Virus record (IMG/VR): IMGVR_UViG_3300025389_000010 | Location: 96,001-160,000 of that record | Reading direction: 5' to 3' (one strand) | DNA from: a virus | Lineage: Duplodnaviria > Caudoviricetes | DNA: 64,000 bases | In this document: positions 10,475 to 20,820 of the stretch, piece by piece | Layout: each line of letters opens with the position of its first letter | Position numbering within the stretch: the stretch's first letter is position 1 | The notes under the pieces: model-generated | What the model was told of the DNA's origin: nothing | The model's database searches: none | Seen by the model: only the letters and a program-made list of their open reading frames with translations | Position numbers and translations under genes: made by a program

Positions 10475-11869
10475 ATGCAAAAGGTTTTACCATTAGATCT
10501 AGATTTCTTCGAGAAGATTATAATCTACAATGCTTTAATGCATAGAGATTATCTTGAAACCATTTTAGATCATTTAAATCCTGCTTTCTTTAAAGATAAG
10601 AACATTAAAACAGTAGTTTCTGTTTTGAGAGATTTTTATTTGGAAAACAAAAGAGTTCCAAACATAACAGAACTTAAAACACACCTTATCACGACTGAAC
10701 AGAAAGATTCTTTGAAGAATCTTGTGTTGTCTTTCAATTCGATTGATAAAAATTATGATAGAGATATTCTTATTAAGAATACAGAAAGGTTTTTGAGAGA
10801 AAAATCGGTCTTGTTAACCGTACAAGAGACTAGTTTGGATGTACAAACGGGTCAAATTGATAGTAACAAGATTTTAAAAACCTTTGAAAAAGCTTGTGGT
10901 ATATCTTTGGTTGATAATATAGGGTTTGATTACCTCGAAGAGATTGATGACCATTGTGACAAGCTTAAAGAAGTGTTTAGAACCGTATCTACAGGCTGGA
11001 AATGGCTTGATAAACAAATCGGTGGTGGGTTTATGGCAGAAGGAAAAGCATTATATTGCTTTTTCGGCGTAACAAACGTCGGCAAATCTATATTTCTTGG
11101 TAATGTAGCTACAAATATTCTTAGTCAGAACAAAGTAGTCGTTCTTATTTCTTTGGAAATGCCTGAACAGGTCTATGGTAAAAGAATTTCAGCACAGCTT
11201 TCACGTATACCGTGTGATGATTTAAAGACAAACATTAATTCTTTAAAGAATATAGTTAAAAACTATAAGAATGTTAATAGAAAATCCAAACTTATCATCA
11301 AAGAGTTTCCTCCACAATCAATTACAGTCCTTCAACTCAAGAGTTATATCAATAAACTTGTTCAAAAAGGTATTAAACCGGATGCCATCATTGTTGATTA
11401 TGTGAATCTTCTTGCTCCACCAGCAAATGGTCTTAGCTCATATGAAGGAATCAAGAAAGTCACTGAAGGATTGAGAGCATTGTCTTATGATTTCGAGTGT
11501 CCTGTCATAACAGCAACACAAGCAAACAGACAAGCGTATAATAATTCTGCACCCGATGCCGGTAAAACTGGAGAATCGATGGGTCTTGCTCATACAGTTG
11601 ATGCACAGTTCTCAATTTGGAGTGAAAAGGGTGATTCTGAACTTGGTATTATTCATTTGGGTGTCGAAAAGAACAGATTCGGTCCAAGAGAAGTATATAC
11701 ACACTTGAATATTGATTATCCTACACTGTCATTGGTTGATCCGGATGAGGTTGAGCTTCAATATAGTGTAAAAACATCTGCACCAAAGCTTAATGCTGAC
11801 ATTGAAGCCACTATTGATGAGAATTCAAGTATAATGGATACACTTGATTTGATTAATTCGACAACTTAA
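10475..11869 (+). CDS. gp41: replicative DNA helicase (gp41/DnaB-like)
   Basis: TGWKWLD..GG, Walker A GVTNVGKS, SLEM, IVDY, TATQANR, KNRFG. Confidence 0.95.
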   Translation: MQKVLPLDLDFFEKIIIYNALMHRDYLETILDHLNPAFFKDKNIKTVVSVLRDFYLENKRVPNITELKTHLITTEQKDSLKNLVLSFNSIDKNYDRDILIKNTERFLREKSVLLTVQETSLDVQTGQIDSNKILKTFEKACGISLVDNIGFDYLEEIDDHCDKLKEVFRTVSTGWKWLDKQIGGGFMAEGKALYCFFGVTNVGKSIFLGNVATNILSQNKVVVLISLEMPEQVYGKRISAQLSRIPCDDLKTNINSLKNIVKNYKNVNRKSKLIIKEFPPQSITVLQLKSYINKLVQKGIKPDAIIVDYVNLLAPPANGLSSYEGIKKVTEGLRALSYDFECPVITATQANRQAYNNSAPDAGKTGESMGLAHTVDAQFSIWSEKGDSELGIIHLGVEKNRFGPREVYTHLNIDYPTLSLVDPDEVELQYSVKTSAPKLNADIEATIDENSSIMDTLDLINSTT

Positions 11870-11881
11870 TAAGTAAATGTT

Positions 11882-12775
11882 ATGCAAAATCAAGTGTATC
11901 AGATTTTTACACACAAAGATTTAGATGGTGCTGTAAGTTTATTGACTTTTTTATGGTCAAACCCTACAGCAACCGTCACATATAGGGAAATTACAAACTT
12001 AGATACTGATGTAATGAAGGAATATGTTAAAAAAACATGTAATCCTCCTAATATTTTAATTTTTGATGTTGCATTAAGACCAGAATTTTTACCAGAACTT
12101 GATTATGATTTCATAACATTTATAGATCATCATGAAAGATCAGAAAAACATGTAAAAGACTTCAAGCAAGCCAAAATTATTTACAAAAATGACACTTCAA
12201 ATTCAATTTTAGTTAGAAAATTATATAAAGATAAAGCACCGGAGTTTACAGAAGCACAAAAAAAGATGATTTTGTTTGCAAATGACTATGATTCTTCTGA
12301 TTTTAAGTTTAAAGACTCTTATGACCTGAATATTTTGTTTTGGACACAGTTTAGAAACGAATTTTGTTACTTTATTGATTATTATAAGGATGGTTTTAAA
12401 GATTTTAGCTTAAAACAAAAAGAAATAATACAACATGCTAAGAATAACGCTAAAATTGCATATACAGATACTAATTTTTATGTAGGAGAGGTTATAATAG
12501 AAGGTTCTGTTAATAAAGTAATGGCTGCTATTACTGATAATTTTAATAATATTGTCATAGACATGATAATGGACAAGCATAATCCGGATATTTTGTTTTA
12601 TATCAACACAAAAACCGAAAAAGTAAGCATGAGACAAAGAAAAAATAATAAAAATGCTATAAATTTAGCAGCTTTTGCTGAAAAATATTGTGAAGGTAAT
12701 GGTAATAACATATCTGCCGGTGGCAAAATTACACCATTATTCATGGAATTTACCAAAAAACTAAAACCTTTATGA
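11882..12775 (+). CDS. DHH-family phosphoesterase
   Basis: THKDLDG, FD, IDHH motifs; C-terminal SMR...GNG...SAGG is DHHA1-like. Confidence 0.85.
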   Translation: MQNQVYQIFTHKDLDGAVSLLTFLWSNPTATVTYREITNLDTDVMKEYVKKTCNPPNILIFDVALRPEFLPELDYDFITFIDHHERSEKHVKDFKQAKIIYKNDTSNSILVRKLYKDKAPEFTEAQKKMILFANDYDSSDFKFKDSYDLNILFWTQFRNEFCYFIDYYKDGFKDFSLKQKEIIQHAKNNAKIAYTDTNFYVGEVIIEGSVNKVMAAITDNFNNIVIDMIMDKHNPDILFYINTKTEKVSMRQRKNNKNAINLAAFAEKYCEGNGNNISAGGKITPLFMEFTKKLKPL

Positions 12776-13071
12776 TCATAACATCCTCTCAACAATTTGA
12801 AGACGCAACAAATCCATCGTCAGCATTAAACATAGAAGAATTTGAACAAATAACAATTAAATTTGGTGCATTTGTTTGTATATGCAAAGGCAAAAAAATG
12901 AATTATTTAAATTTTTTAAAATTTTTAATTGAAGATAAGCGAACTCAAAAAATATATTTTTCTTTATTGCATGAACACAATCTTCAAAGTATCATAAAAG
13001 CATATCTAGGATCTACCCCAAACGTATATAAAAAGATTTTCCGATCAAAAATGAATAAAAAGAATGAGTAA
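12772..13071 (+). CDS. hypothetical protein
   Basis: 99 aa ORF translationally coupled to both neighbours. Confidence 0.6.
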   Translation: MIITSSQQFEDATNPSSALNIEEFEQITIKFGAFVCICKGKKMNYLNFLKFLIEDKRTQKIYFSLLHEHNLQSIIKAYLGSTPNVYKKIFRSKMNKKNE

Positions 13072-13732
13072 TGTAAGCGAATTTGAAAAAAGAATCTACA
13101 ATTGCTATTTAAAAAACTTTAGAAAAGGTGAACCTTTTCAGTATAGAAAAGATTTTTCCGATTTAAATCCAAATTTAATTTCTTATTTAAAGAAAATAAG
13201 TTATTTTCTTACAAATTATAATCATATAAATGTTGAAGAATATTTTGAGGCGTTTAATGTGCTTCATCCGGATGAAAAATATCCACCATTAAATTACTTT
13301 TTTACAAGAAGTGCATTAAAAACATACGCTGTATACAAAAAACAACAGGAAAATTCCAATCCGGAAAATCAATTTGAGTCTATAAAAAACGGAATGAGGT
13401 TTATCGGTATGTTTTGTTTGAATAATAATATAGATGTTTCCGATTATTTGACACACAAAACCGGTTATATGTATTCGTGGCTTAATCATTATAGAGAACA
13501 TAGAATAAATCCATATTGTCTTTTTGAATTGGGTAACATTTTTAATGTTTTAAGTAATATCCCAAAAGACGAATTATATCTTTTTGGTGAAGACATACAT
13601 CAAAATTTAGTTGCATTTCGTGATAGATATGATAAATCTAAGAAGACAAAAGATTTTGTGAAGGAAGCTTCATCGAAAATTAGAACTTTTGTCGAAAAAC
13701 AATTGACTACAACACAAAAACTGATAAACTGA
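13064..13732 (+). CDS. hypothetical protein, possible gp59-like helicase loader
   Basis: 222 aa basic/aromatic helical protein directly upstream of gp32. The functional guess rests on synteny only. Confidence 0.5.
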   Translation: MSNVSEFEKRIYNCYLKNFRKGEPFQYRKDFSDLNPNLISYLKKISYFLTNYNHINVEEYFEAFNVLHPDEKYPPLNYFFTRSALKTYAVYKKQQENSNPENQFESIKNGMRFIGMFCLNNNIDVSDYLTHKTGYMYSWLNHYREHRINPYCLFELGNIFNVLSNIPKDELYLFGEDIHQNLVAFRDRYDKSKKTKDFVKEASSKIRTFVEKQLTTTQKLIN

Positions 13733-13740
13733 TTAACACT

Positions 13741-14610
13741 ATGACTACAAAATACAACGCAAGCCTCTTTGATTCACTTCAAGAGATTATTAGCAACAAG
13801 AACAACGCCGATTCTTCCTTCAAGGATTTCTTGAAGTTTGAGTCTGACAAGACATACGTTGTTCGCATCCTGCCAAATGTCGAGGATATGTCTAAGACTT
13901 GGTATAACTACAAGCAACATATTTGGGACAGCATTGTACATGGCAAGAAGATCTCTGTCATTTGTCCAAATACCTACAAGGCCAAGTGCCCAATCTGTGA
14001 GTATCGTTCCAAGATTTGGGCAACCAAGAACGATGCATTGATCAACCAGATCAAGCCTCTCAAGAAGAACGAGAAATGGCTTTATAACGTCTTTGTTGTA
14101 AAAGACCCATCCAATCCTTCAAACGAAGGCCAAGTCAAGATTCTTAATGCTGGTTCACAGCTTCAGAAGATTATCGAATCTGCTATCAGCGGTGATGATA
14201 GAGAAGAGTTTGGTGGTAAGATCTTTGACCTTTCTTCAAAGGGTTGCAATCTTCGCATTAAGGTTGAGAAGAACGAGGGTGGATATCCTTCTTATGTTGC
14301 TTCCAAGTTTGTTTCTCCTTCTGGAATTGACGGTTTGGATGATGAGGATTCTATCAATTCGGTTTATGATTCATTCAAGCCTCTTGATACAATCTTTAAG
14401 GTCAGAACATATGAGGAGATCAAGGATCTTCTGGACATTCATTTCTTGGGTAAGGATTCAAACGCATCTACGCCTAGCGTTGATGATGACGAGGAAGATT
14501 TCAAGGTTGATGATTCTCTTAATACCGAGATCGAAACTGGTCTTGGTTCTTCAACAGAAGATCTTTCTGATAATGATCAGAAGCTTAAGGATATTCTTGC
14601 TGATCTCTAA
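13741..14610 (+). CDS. gp32: single-stranded DNA-binding protein (gp32-like)
   Basis: VVRILP, CP...CPIC zinc site, GQVKIL, FD...GCN..IK, SYVASKF, acidic C-terminal tail. Confidence 0.92.
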   Translation: MTTKYNASLFDSLQEIISNKNNADSSFKDFLKFESDKTYVVRILPNVEDMSKTWYNYKQHIWDSIVHGKKISVICPNTYKAKCPICEYRSKIWATKNDALINQIKPLKKNEKWLYNVFVVKDPSNPSNEGQVKILNAGSQLQKIIESAISGDDREEFGGKIFDLSSKGCNLRIKVEKNEGGYPSYVASKFVSPSGIDGLDDEDSINSVYDSFKPLDTIFKVRTYEEIKDLLDIHFLGKDSNASTPSVDDDEEDFKVDDSLNTEIETGLGSSTEDLSDNDQKLKDILADL

Positions 14611-14615
14611 TAGAT

Positions 14616-15167
14616 ATGACAAAACAAGATGCATATGAAGCCGCTAGTTTGGCGGCTTTAATTGGATCACAATTAAAAAATCTCGACAACATGACAGTCG
14701 AGAGAACTAATAACCCTGCTAATAAGATCAACATACATGATTTTATTAGCAAGGTTAAAGATCCAAACGCTACAGTTGCACCTAAGAGTTACTTAACACA
14801 AGTTCCTGCTGGATGGGCGCAACCTATTCCTGAACATATTGTTCAGCAAATGGTACCAGACATGCCAAGAGTTGTTCAACAACCAACACCAGAAGTTGAA
14901 TCTATAAAATCAGTTGAAACAAACAATCAACTTGTTTCTAAATTTGAAGATTCTGGAAATAGAGCAACATTACCTACTGCTGTCCCTTCACCAGTTGAAC
15001 AAAAGAATACTTTAAAAACATCTACTGATAAGAATAATGATAGGTCTGTTTTGACACGGAGTGACATTGATAGTATAAGGAATTCTTTAAAAAACATTGA
15101 CAAGTCTTTGGCTGGTATGTTAGAGTGTATGAAGATTGAGTATGTAAAATTCAAGAAACATGACTGA
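14616..15167 (+). CDS. hypothetical protein
   Basis: 183 aa ORF with a P/Q-rich centre and a C-terminal coiled coil. Confidence 0.65.
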   Translation: MTKQDAYEAASLAALIGSQLKNLDNMTVERTNNPANKINIHDFISKVKDPNATVAPKSYLTQVPAGWAQPIPEHIVQQMVPDMPRVVQQPTPEVESIKSVETNNQLVSKFEDSGNRATLPTAVPSPVEQKNTLKTSTDKNNDRSVLTRSDIDSIRNSLKNIDKSLAGMLECMKIEYVKFKKHD

Positions 15168-15915
15168 AACATTAATAGCAATACCAAAGACATCACTTCA
15201 AAAGTTTTTAAGACCCGTAAACAGACTTACAGAAAGTTGTGTTATTAAATCCAATAAGGATTATATATTTACAGTTTGTTCGTCTGCTGATAATAGCGTT
15301 ATCCTTTATGCTAGGACAAATCTTCCAAATTCTCTTGAAGAAGATGTAAGATTAAACCTTATAAACATAAAGAAGTTTCTGACAGGTTTGCATTGTCTTG
15401 GTGACAACGGAACATTTAAAATGATTTATAACAATAATCATTTGATGTGCAAATCAGTAAATGATGCTAATAATGATAGCACACACTTTAAATATCATCT
15501 TGTCGATGATGATATTATCAGAGAATCAACGGTTAATGTTGACAAGATTATAAAACTTAATTTTGACACAACATTTGAACTATCTTTGGAAAAGATAAAG
15601 CAGATTATAACTGCTTATTCTTTTGTAAGCGATGTTAATAAGATATATTTTTATTCTAAAGATGATTGTGTATTTGCAGAAATCGATGACAAAACAATGC
15701 AAAATGTTGACAATGTTTCTTTGATGGTTGCTGACAATTATCAAGGACAATCTATTGAGCCGATGTCCATTAAAATTGAAATTTTTAAGCTTCTAGCAAC
15801 TAGTAAAAGTTCAATTAAAGTAAAGATTAATAATCAATTTAAAGTATTTGTTTTTAACACGCAAGAAGATGATAATACAGAGTTAAAATATATCATTTCG
15901 ACACTTGTTAAATAA
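15160..15915 (+). CDS. probable sliding clamp (gp45/PCNA-like)
   Basis: 251 aa with a two-domain beta-alpha-beta repeat pattern, in the replication cluster. Confidence 0.65.
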   Translation: MTETLIAIPKTSLQKFLRPVNRLTESCVIKSNKDYIFTVCSSADNSVILYARTNLPNSLEEDVRLNLINIKKFLTGLHCLGDNGTFKMIYNNNHLMCKSVNDANNDSTHFKYHLVDDDIIRESTVNVDKIIKLNFDTTFELSLEKIKQIITAYSFVSDVNKIYFYSKDDCVFAEIDDKTMQNVDNVSLMVADNYQGQSIEPMSIKIEIFKLLATSKSSIKVKINNQFKVFVFNTQEDDNTELKYIISTLVK

Positions 15916-15937
15916 TTTACTTTGGGTAAATTATTAT

Positions 15938-16261
15938 ATGTCAAAGAATAAAATAACTACTGTTGGATACTTCATAAAAAGACTTCGTGATTGTGGGTAT
16001 GTAACCGATAAAGTTTTTACAAACTATTCAAAAGGAGATTCTAGATCATGGACAGTAGTTGTTGATCCAAGTAAAACTTCAGTTTTTATAACTTGTTTTA
16101 ATAATCAAAATTATTTTGGAGAAGAATATTTTGAATTATATGATGGTGGACAATATATACCAGACAGATTTAAATTAAAAACAAGTTCTATTGAAACCGT
16201 AATAGAATATCTTGTTAAATTTAATATAAACAACAAGTCATCTGATTATGGCAAGCAATAG
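15938..16261 (+). CDS. conserved hypothetical protein
   Basis: ATG at 15938 (MSKNKITTVGYFIKRLRD) preferred over the overlapping upstream start. Confidence 0.65.
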   Translation: MSKNKITTVGYFIKRLRDCGYVTDKVFTNYSKGDSRSWTVVVDPSKTSVFITCFNNQNYFGEEYFELYDGGQYIPDRFKLKTSSIETVIEYLVKFNINNKSSDYGKQ

Positions 16262-16640
16262 GAAGAAAAAAACAGATACAAGCAGTCCTTCTCTTTCTTC
16301 TGAAAAGGTAAAAGCAGAAGTAAAGAAAATGTCAAAAGAAGAAATTGAAATTTTAAATAAAAAAGTATTTGATGCAATAAACAATGTAGAGCTTCAAAAA
16401 AGTTTAGATCGGTGGATGAAAGAGCATGGCGAAAAAAACCAAATAGCATTAAGAGATCTTTCATTGTTAAAAAAAATGTTGACAGAATATCTAGATACAT
16501 TTTTATTATTTGGTTATAATACTGAAGGCGAAAGAATTTTAATACAACATTTTTCAAATGCCAGAGACAGAGATGCTATAATGGAATTTTTCAAAACAAT
16601 ATTTTTTAAACAACAACACGAAAACTTTTTAGACGAATAA
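16248..16640 (+). CDS. hypothetical protein
   Basis: 130 aa ORF coupled to the upstream gene. Confidence 0.65.
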   Translation: MASNRKKKTDTSSPSLSSEKVKAEVKKMSKEEIEILNKKVFDAINNVELQKSLDRWMKEHGEKNQIALRDLSLLKKMLTEYLDTFLLFGYNTEGERILIQHFSNARDRDAIMEFFKTIFFKQQHENFLDE

Positions 16641-16641
16641 T

Positions 16642-17661
16642 ATGGATATTAATAACTTAACAGATTGTATAAGAACACAAGGGAAATTCACGGAAACCTT
16701 TTTACCAACGGGTTCTGCTAAATTTTTAGATAGAAATTTTAGCATTCTTCCTTATCTTTGTGAGCTATTAAAAAATGCAAATGACAGTACGATTGATCCT
16801 CTTCTAGTAAAACCTGAACCGTTTGATGTTACACCATATACAGACGTAAGCGGTTTAACTGCTATTGGCGATCCTCGTTTTTCGTTAGGATCTGTGTTAT
16901 CAGCAACATACGTTAACTTCTTACCTAGAATGATTGCACAAACAGAATTAAAGCAATCTGGTGGAACACAAGTTATTGATAACTATATATGTGATTCAGA
17001 TGGTGTTCCTATAAAAGAATCAGAAACAATTCCTATCTTGTTGTCTTTGGATTTAACTGGTCAAAAACCATATAACTATGGTGCTGTATACATTCCACCA
17101 CTTAGTGCAGGTACTACATTAGATCAATTATTGGAGCCTATACAACCTCAAGAAATTGAATTTTTTGTATTGAATAATATAAAAATTGCAATTGAAAGTA
17201 CTGCTGAAAATTTTGTAAATTTCATAGGTTTGTATTTTCCAGATTGGACAGCTTCTTTGTATGAATATACAACACCACCGGTTTTCATGGTGCAATTAAA
17301 TCGTGTAGATCCTGCAACTGCAAATCCAGAAACTGTATTTTTAAAATTTCATCTTGATAGCATTAAACCTGTTGCAAATTTATTAAATTTAAAAACAATT
17401 ACATATTGTCAAGGTGCTCCTCAGTCACAAGGTCCAGCACAAACAAAAGCTATTGCAGACATACCTTTGGATTACAATGATGCAATGTCATCAGGTCAAG
17501 CTGGTAAAGCAACTTACGATTACATCATGGCTAATTATCATTTAACGACACAAAACTCTTATGCAACATTGTTTGCATCACCACAATCAATGCAAACTTA
17601 TTTTGATACGATTAATAATACAAATGCATCTACTGTGATTTGTGCAGTATCAAGCCTTTAA
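16642..17661 (+). CDS. hypothetical protein, possibly virion-associated
   Basis: 339 aa, T/A/P-rich and low in Lys like the neighbouring structural genes; converges on the spike gene. Confidence 0.6.
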   Translation: MDINNLTDCIRTQGKFTETFLPTGSAKFLDRNFSILPYLCELLKNANDSTIDPLLVKPEPFDVTPYTDVSGLTAIGDPRFSLGSVLSATYVNFLPRMIAQTELKQSGGTQVIDNYICDSDGVPIKESETIPILLSLDLTGQKPYNYGAVYIPPLSAGTTLDQLLEPIQPQEIEFFVLNNIKIAIESTAENFVNFIGLYFPDWTASLYEYTTPPVFMVQLNRVDPATANPETVFLKFHLDSIKPVANLLNLKTITYCQGAPQSQGPAQTKAIADIPLDYNDAMSSGQAGKATYDYIMANYHLTTQNSYATLFASPQSMQTYFDTINNTNASTVICAVSSL

Positions 17662-19730
17662 TTACAATTTAGCATTGTAAAGTCTGGTGGAGGATTTAAA
17701 TTACCATCAGGTGTAAAATTAGCAGTAACTGGTACATAATTTCCATTGAATGCATCAAGCCCCTGAATACCATATGCTGCGTTTCTTTGCAAAATAGCAT
17801 TGTTTACTCTATCACTTTTTCCGTTACCAAAAGAACCGCCACCTCCACCACAGGCACTTATACATTTTGGTCCCGGTGCTGTTCCTACGCCATTTGTTTC
17901 TGCTGGAATAGGAATTTTACTTGGTGATGGTGCAGCACTTCTCATATCAAATTCAGTATTATAATATGTTGCTTTTGGAATAAGCTGACTATGCTGGTGA
18001 GTATCAACAGTTGAATAGTGTGTATGTGGATGCATAAAAACAGCAGCGACTGCTGTAGGATCAACCATTCCTATAACGGTACCAGTTGGTCCAATAACTT
18101 TAATGGGTGTATAATTTACATTTGAAAGCATCCATGCAAAACCAACGGTTTGACCTTCGTTTGCTACAGGTATTGCCATCATTACCGTACCGTATGTTTC
18201 TTCTACTTTTTTAGTTATGGCAGCAAGTCCTAAATCTGCAAAAAATCCGGTTACTGCCCAAGCAAGATCTCGTCCTACTACTTTTAAAGCGTTATCTATT
18301 TTATCTAAAATGTTTGCACTTTTCTTTAATAAGTTACTGTGCACAGGCATTCCAGCATGCATGTTTTCATTACCACATGGCGTAACTTGTATTCTTTCAC
18401 CGGGAATATGTAAATGAGGAACATATAAAGAACTACCTACGTGACCTCTTCCTTTAAAAACAATATCGCCTTCTATGCTCAATTGACCTTGAACATAGGT
18501 ATTTCCATCAATATGACAACCTTCATCTCCGCTTCTGTTTTTAGCATCTATATAAACATTGCCACCGGCGATTGTTGTTTTATTTTTTGATGATATTGTA
18601 AGCTCACCCGTATCAGCAGTCATGTCTATTTTAGTACCGGCAACCGAAACAATACCATTACTTTTTATATCAACACCGGGCGTACCTGTTGAAAGCGTAA
18701 ATTGTTCATTTACGTTTAAATGCAAACTACCAACACCAACTTCTGGTGGTATATATGCCATATTTTCAACACTTCCTTTTGTGTTTGGAAAATGACCTTG
18801 TGATTTAGCAGCCTGTGCATCTTGTAAAGTTGTTGGTATTAGTTTATGACCTACCATTGCATGATCATCTTGCTTATTTTGTGCACCGGGTATACCGACT
18901 TGAATCATCGTGTCACCATGATGATAGATAACTGATTGACCTTTTTCAGATAATATCTTTTGATTTTTTTCAATTTCATCTTTATGTTCATTATATGCAG
19001 CAATACCTGCTTGTGTTCCTGCATTTATAGCATGTTGTGGATCAACAATTTTTCCATTTTTACAACCCGGACTACCACATCCTTTACCACCGTTTAAAGA
19101 AAGCAAACTTGATATTCCTAAAAAAGGAGCAATAACATATTGTATTATTTTCTGAATAACATCCCAAGGTATAGGTAAACGTGGAAAATATTTTTGAAGA
19201 GTCAGCATTGCTTTCTTTGCTTTTTCATAAGCTTTTTGATCCAAGTGTTTTGTTTTACATATGGGACAAGGAATCATTGCTTGTTCACTTTTTGCGGCTT
19301 CTTCTGTTTTATCTATTTTGGCTTGTTGTATTTTTTTTGAAAGTTCTGCAATTTTTGCAGCTGCTGCTTTTTGTTCTGGTGATGGATTACCATATTGAAC
19401 CGAATGATCACCATTATGTAAAATATGATGATCGCCACCATAAACAAATTGAGAATCACCTCTTACGTTTATGGTAAAAGCTCTTTGTACGTTTATACAA
19501 AAATCACCAACTGATTTCCATATTGCACGACCCGGCATGAAAGACCAAAAACTACCATCTTTAAATTTTGCACTAATATGTGAATTATCGCTTTTTACAG
19601 ATGAACCAAATTCATCATCTTTTATATCCGTTGCAGAAACAAAACCACCCGCTTGAGAAGCTAAAATACTTTTATCTTTTACTTGTTGACTTGTAACGAT
19701 ATCTGGTTCGTGTACTGAATTTGTTGCCAT
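17658..19730 (-). CDS. baseplate central spike beta-helix protein (gp5-C/gpV-like) with no OB-fold
   Basis: Repeated short V/I-x-G-D/N strands (INVRGDSQFVYGGDHHILHNGDH; ISIEGDIVFKG); HPHTH...THQH near the C-terminus. Confidence 0.65.
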   Translation of the reverse strand: MATNSVHEPDIVTSQQVKDKSILASQAGGFVSATDIKDDEFGSSVKSDNSHISAKFKDGSFWSFMPGRAIWKSVGDFCINVQRAFTINVRGDSQFVYGGDHHILHNGDHSVQYGNPSPEQKAAAAKIAELSKKIQQAKIDKTEEAAKSEQAMIPCPICKTKHLDQKAYEKAKKAMLTLQKYFPRLPIPWDVIQKIIQYVIAPFLGISSLLSLNGGKGCGSPGCKNGKIVDPQHAINAGTQAGIAAYNEHKDEIEKNQKILSEKGQSVIYHHGDTMIQVGIPGAQNKQDDHAMVGHKLIPTTLQDAQAAKSQGHFPNTKGSVENMAYIPPEVGVGSLHLNVNEQFTLSTGTPGVDIKSNGIVSVAGTKIDMTADTGELTISSKNKTTIAGGNVYIDAKNRSGDEGCHIDGNTYVQGQLSIEGDIVFKGRGHVGSSLYVPHLHIPGERIQVTPCGNENMHAGMPVHSNLLKKSANILDKIDNALKVVGRDLAWAVTGFFADLGLAAITKKVEETYGTVMMAIPVANEGQTVGFAWMLSNVNYTPIKVIGPTGTVIGMVDPTAVAAVFMHPHTHYSTVDTHQHSQLIPKATYYNTEFDMRSAAPSPSKIPIPAETNGVGTAPGPKCISACGGGGGSFGNGKSDRVNNAILQRNAAYGIQGLDAFNGNYVPVTANFTPDGNLNPPPDFTMLNCN

Positions 19731-19742
19731 ATTTAATATTTA

Positions 19743-20819
19743 TTATTTAACATTAGTTATGCAATCGTTTATATTGCAAAGACATACTGGAAAATTTGGA
19801 TTACCATTATGAAAAAACACAATTACTTTTGAATTTACCATAGGCGTAGATATAGCACCTATTGGTGCACCGGGTCTGCTTCCAATATCAGCAGGACCAT
19901 TATGGTTTACTAGTTCTGTTGGTCTTATAACCTTTTGATCTTTTGATGCTTGTGTTGTGTCTGGACCAGCACCTGAAATTGGCACTTGATTAACTCTATT
20001 TAAAACTTCATCAGATCTTTGTCCACTAATTCCAAAATTATTAGAATTCGGTATACCGCCTTCTTCGCTAAATAATTGAGCATTACTATCACCTACAAAA
20101 ATTGCATCTTTATATTGAGAAGCAATATTATTAACTGTTTTAACATTTAAATGGACACCGTCTCCCGTATATTGATTAGAATCAGGAATACTAATAACAT
20201 CAGCTATTCCACTTGCAGCCGAAACAACAGCATCTGTTGTTGCACCATATTTATTTGGATTTGGTGGTATAACATAAACCTGATATCCTTTTGCTTTTAA
20301 ATCATTAATTAATTTTATTGTATTTTGTTTTGTTACATCTGGTGAAAATTTTGCATCATAATCATTTGTACCAATTGCAAGTATTGCTTTTTTTCCATTT
20401 GGATTTGTGTTTACTGCTGTTGAACCATCAAATTTACCATCCGGATTATTTGCTCCATTATTTTTTGGAGAATCTACAGGTGATTTTTTCTCCGCAGCTG
20501 ATTGGTTTTTATTTTCGGGATTAGCTGTACTATCCGATGGAGATGGTGCTGGTTTTCCTACAGTTTCATTTTGAGGAGCAGATGTTGAACCACCCCAAAA
20601 AGAAACAGCAATTTCAGCCCAAGGCAAAAGAGATTTGAGTCTTTCTAATACGGCAGGTTTAAATGAAGCAGATGTAATTTTAATATCAACTGCATCTTTA
20701 TTCCAATCTTCATATAAAGTAGTTGAAATATTTGGTACAAAAACTTGTACTCTTCCTCTTTTTTCAGGATCAGCTGTATTAATTATAATACCGGGATAAA
20801 AACCATGATACTGTATCAT
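19743..20819 (-). CDS. gp5 N-terminal OB-fold protein with inserted SGNH-like hydrolase
   Basis: GIIINTADPEKRGRVQVFVP...LPWA and P...SKVIVFFHNGNPNFPV flank GTND, DGVH, VGDS and GISG motifs. Confidence 0.75.
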   Translation of the reverse strand: MIQYHGFYPGIIINTADPEKRGRVQVFVPNISTTLYEDWNKDAVDIKITSASFKPAVLERLKSLLPWAEIAVSFWGGSTSAPQNETVGKPAPSPSDSTANPENKNQSAAEKKSPVDSPKNNGANNPDGKFDGSTAVNTNPNGKKAILAIGTNDYDAKFSPDVTKQNTIKLINDLKAKGYQVYVIPPNPNKYGATTDAVVSAASGIADVISIPDSNQYTGDGVHLNVKTVNNIASQYKDAIFVGDSNAQLFSEEGGIPNSNNFGISGQRSDEVLNRVNQVPISGAGPDTTQASKDQKVIRPTELVNHNGPADIGSRPGAPIGAISTPMVNSKVIVFFHNGNPNFPVCLCNINDCITNVK

Positions 20820-20820
20820 A

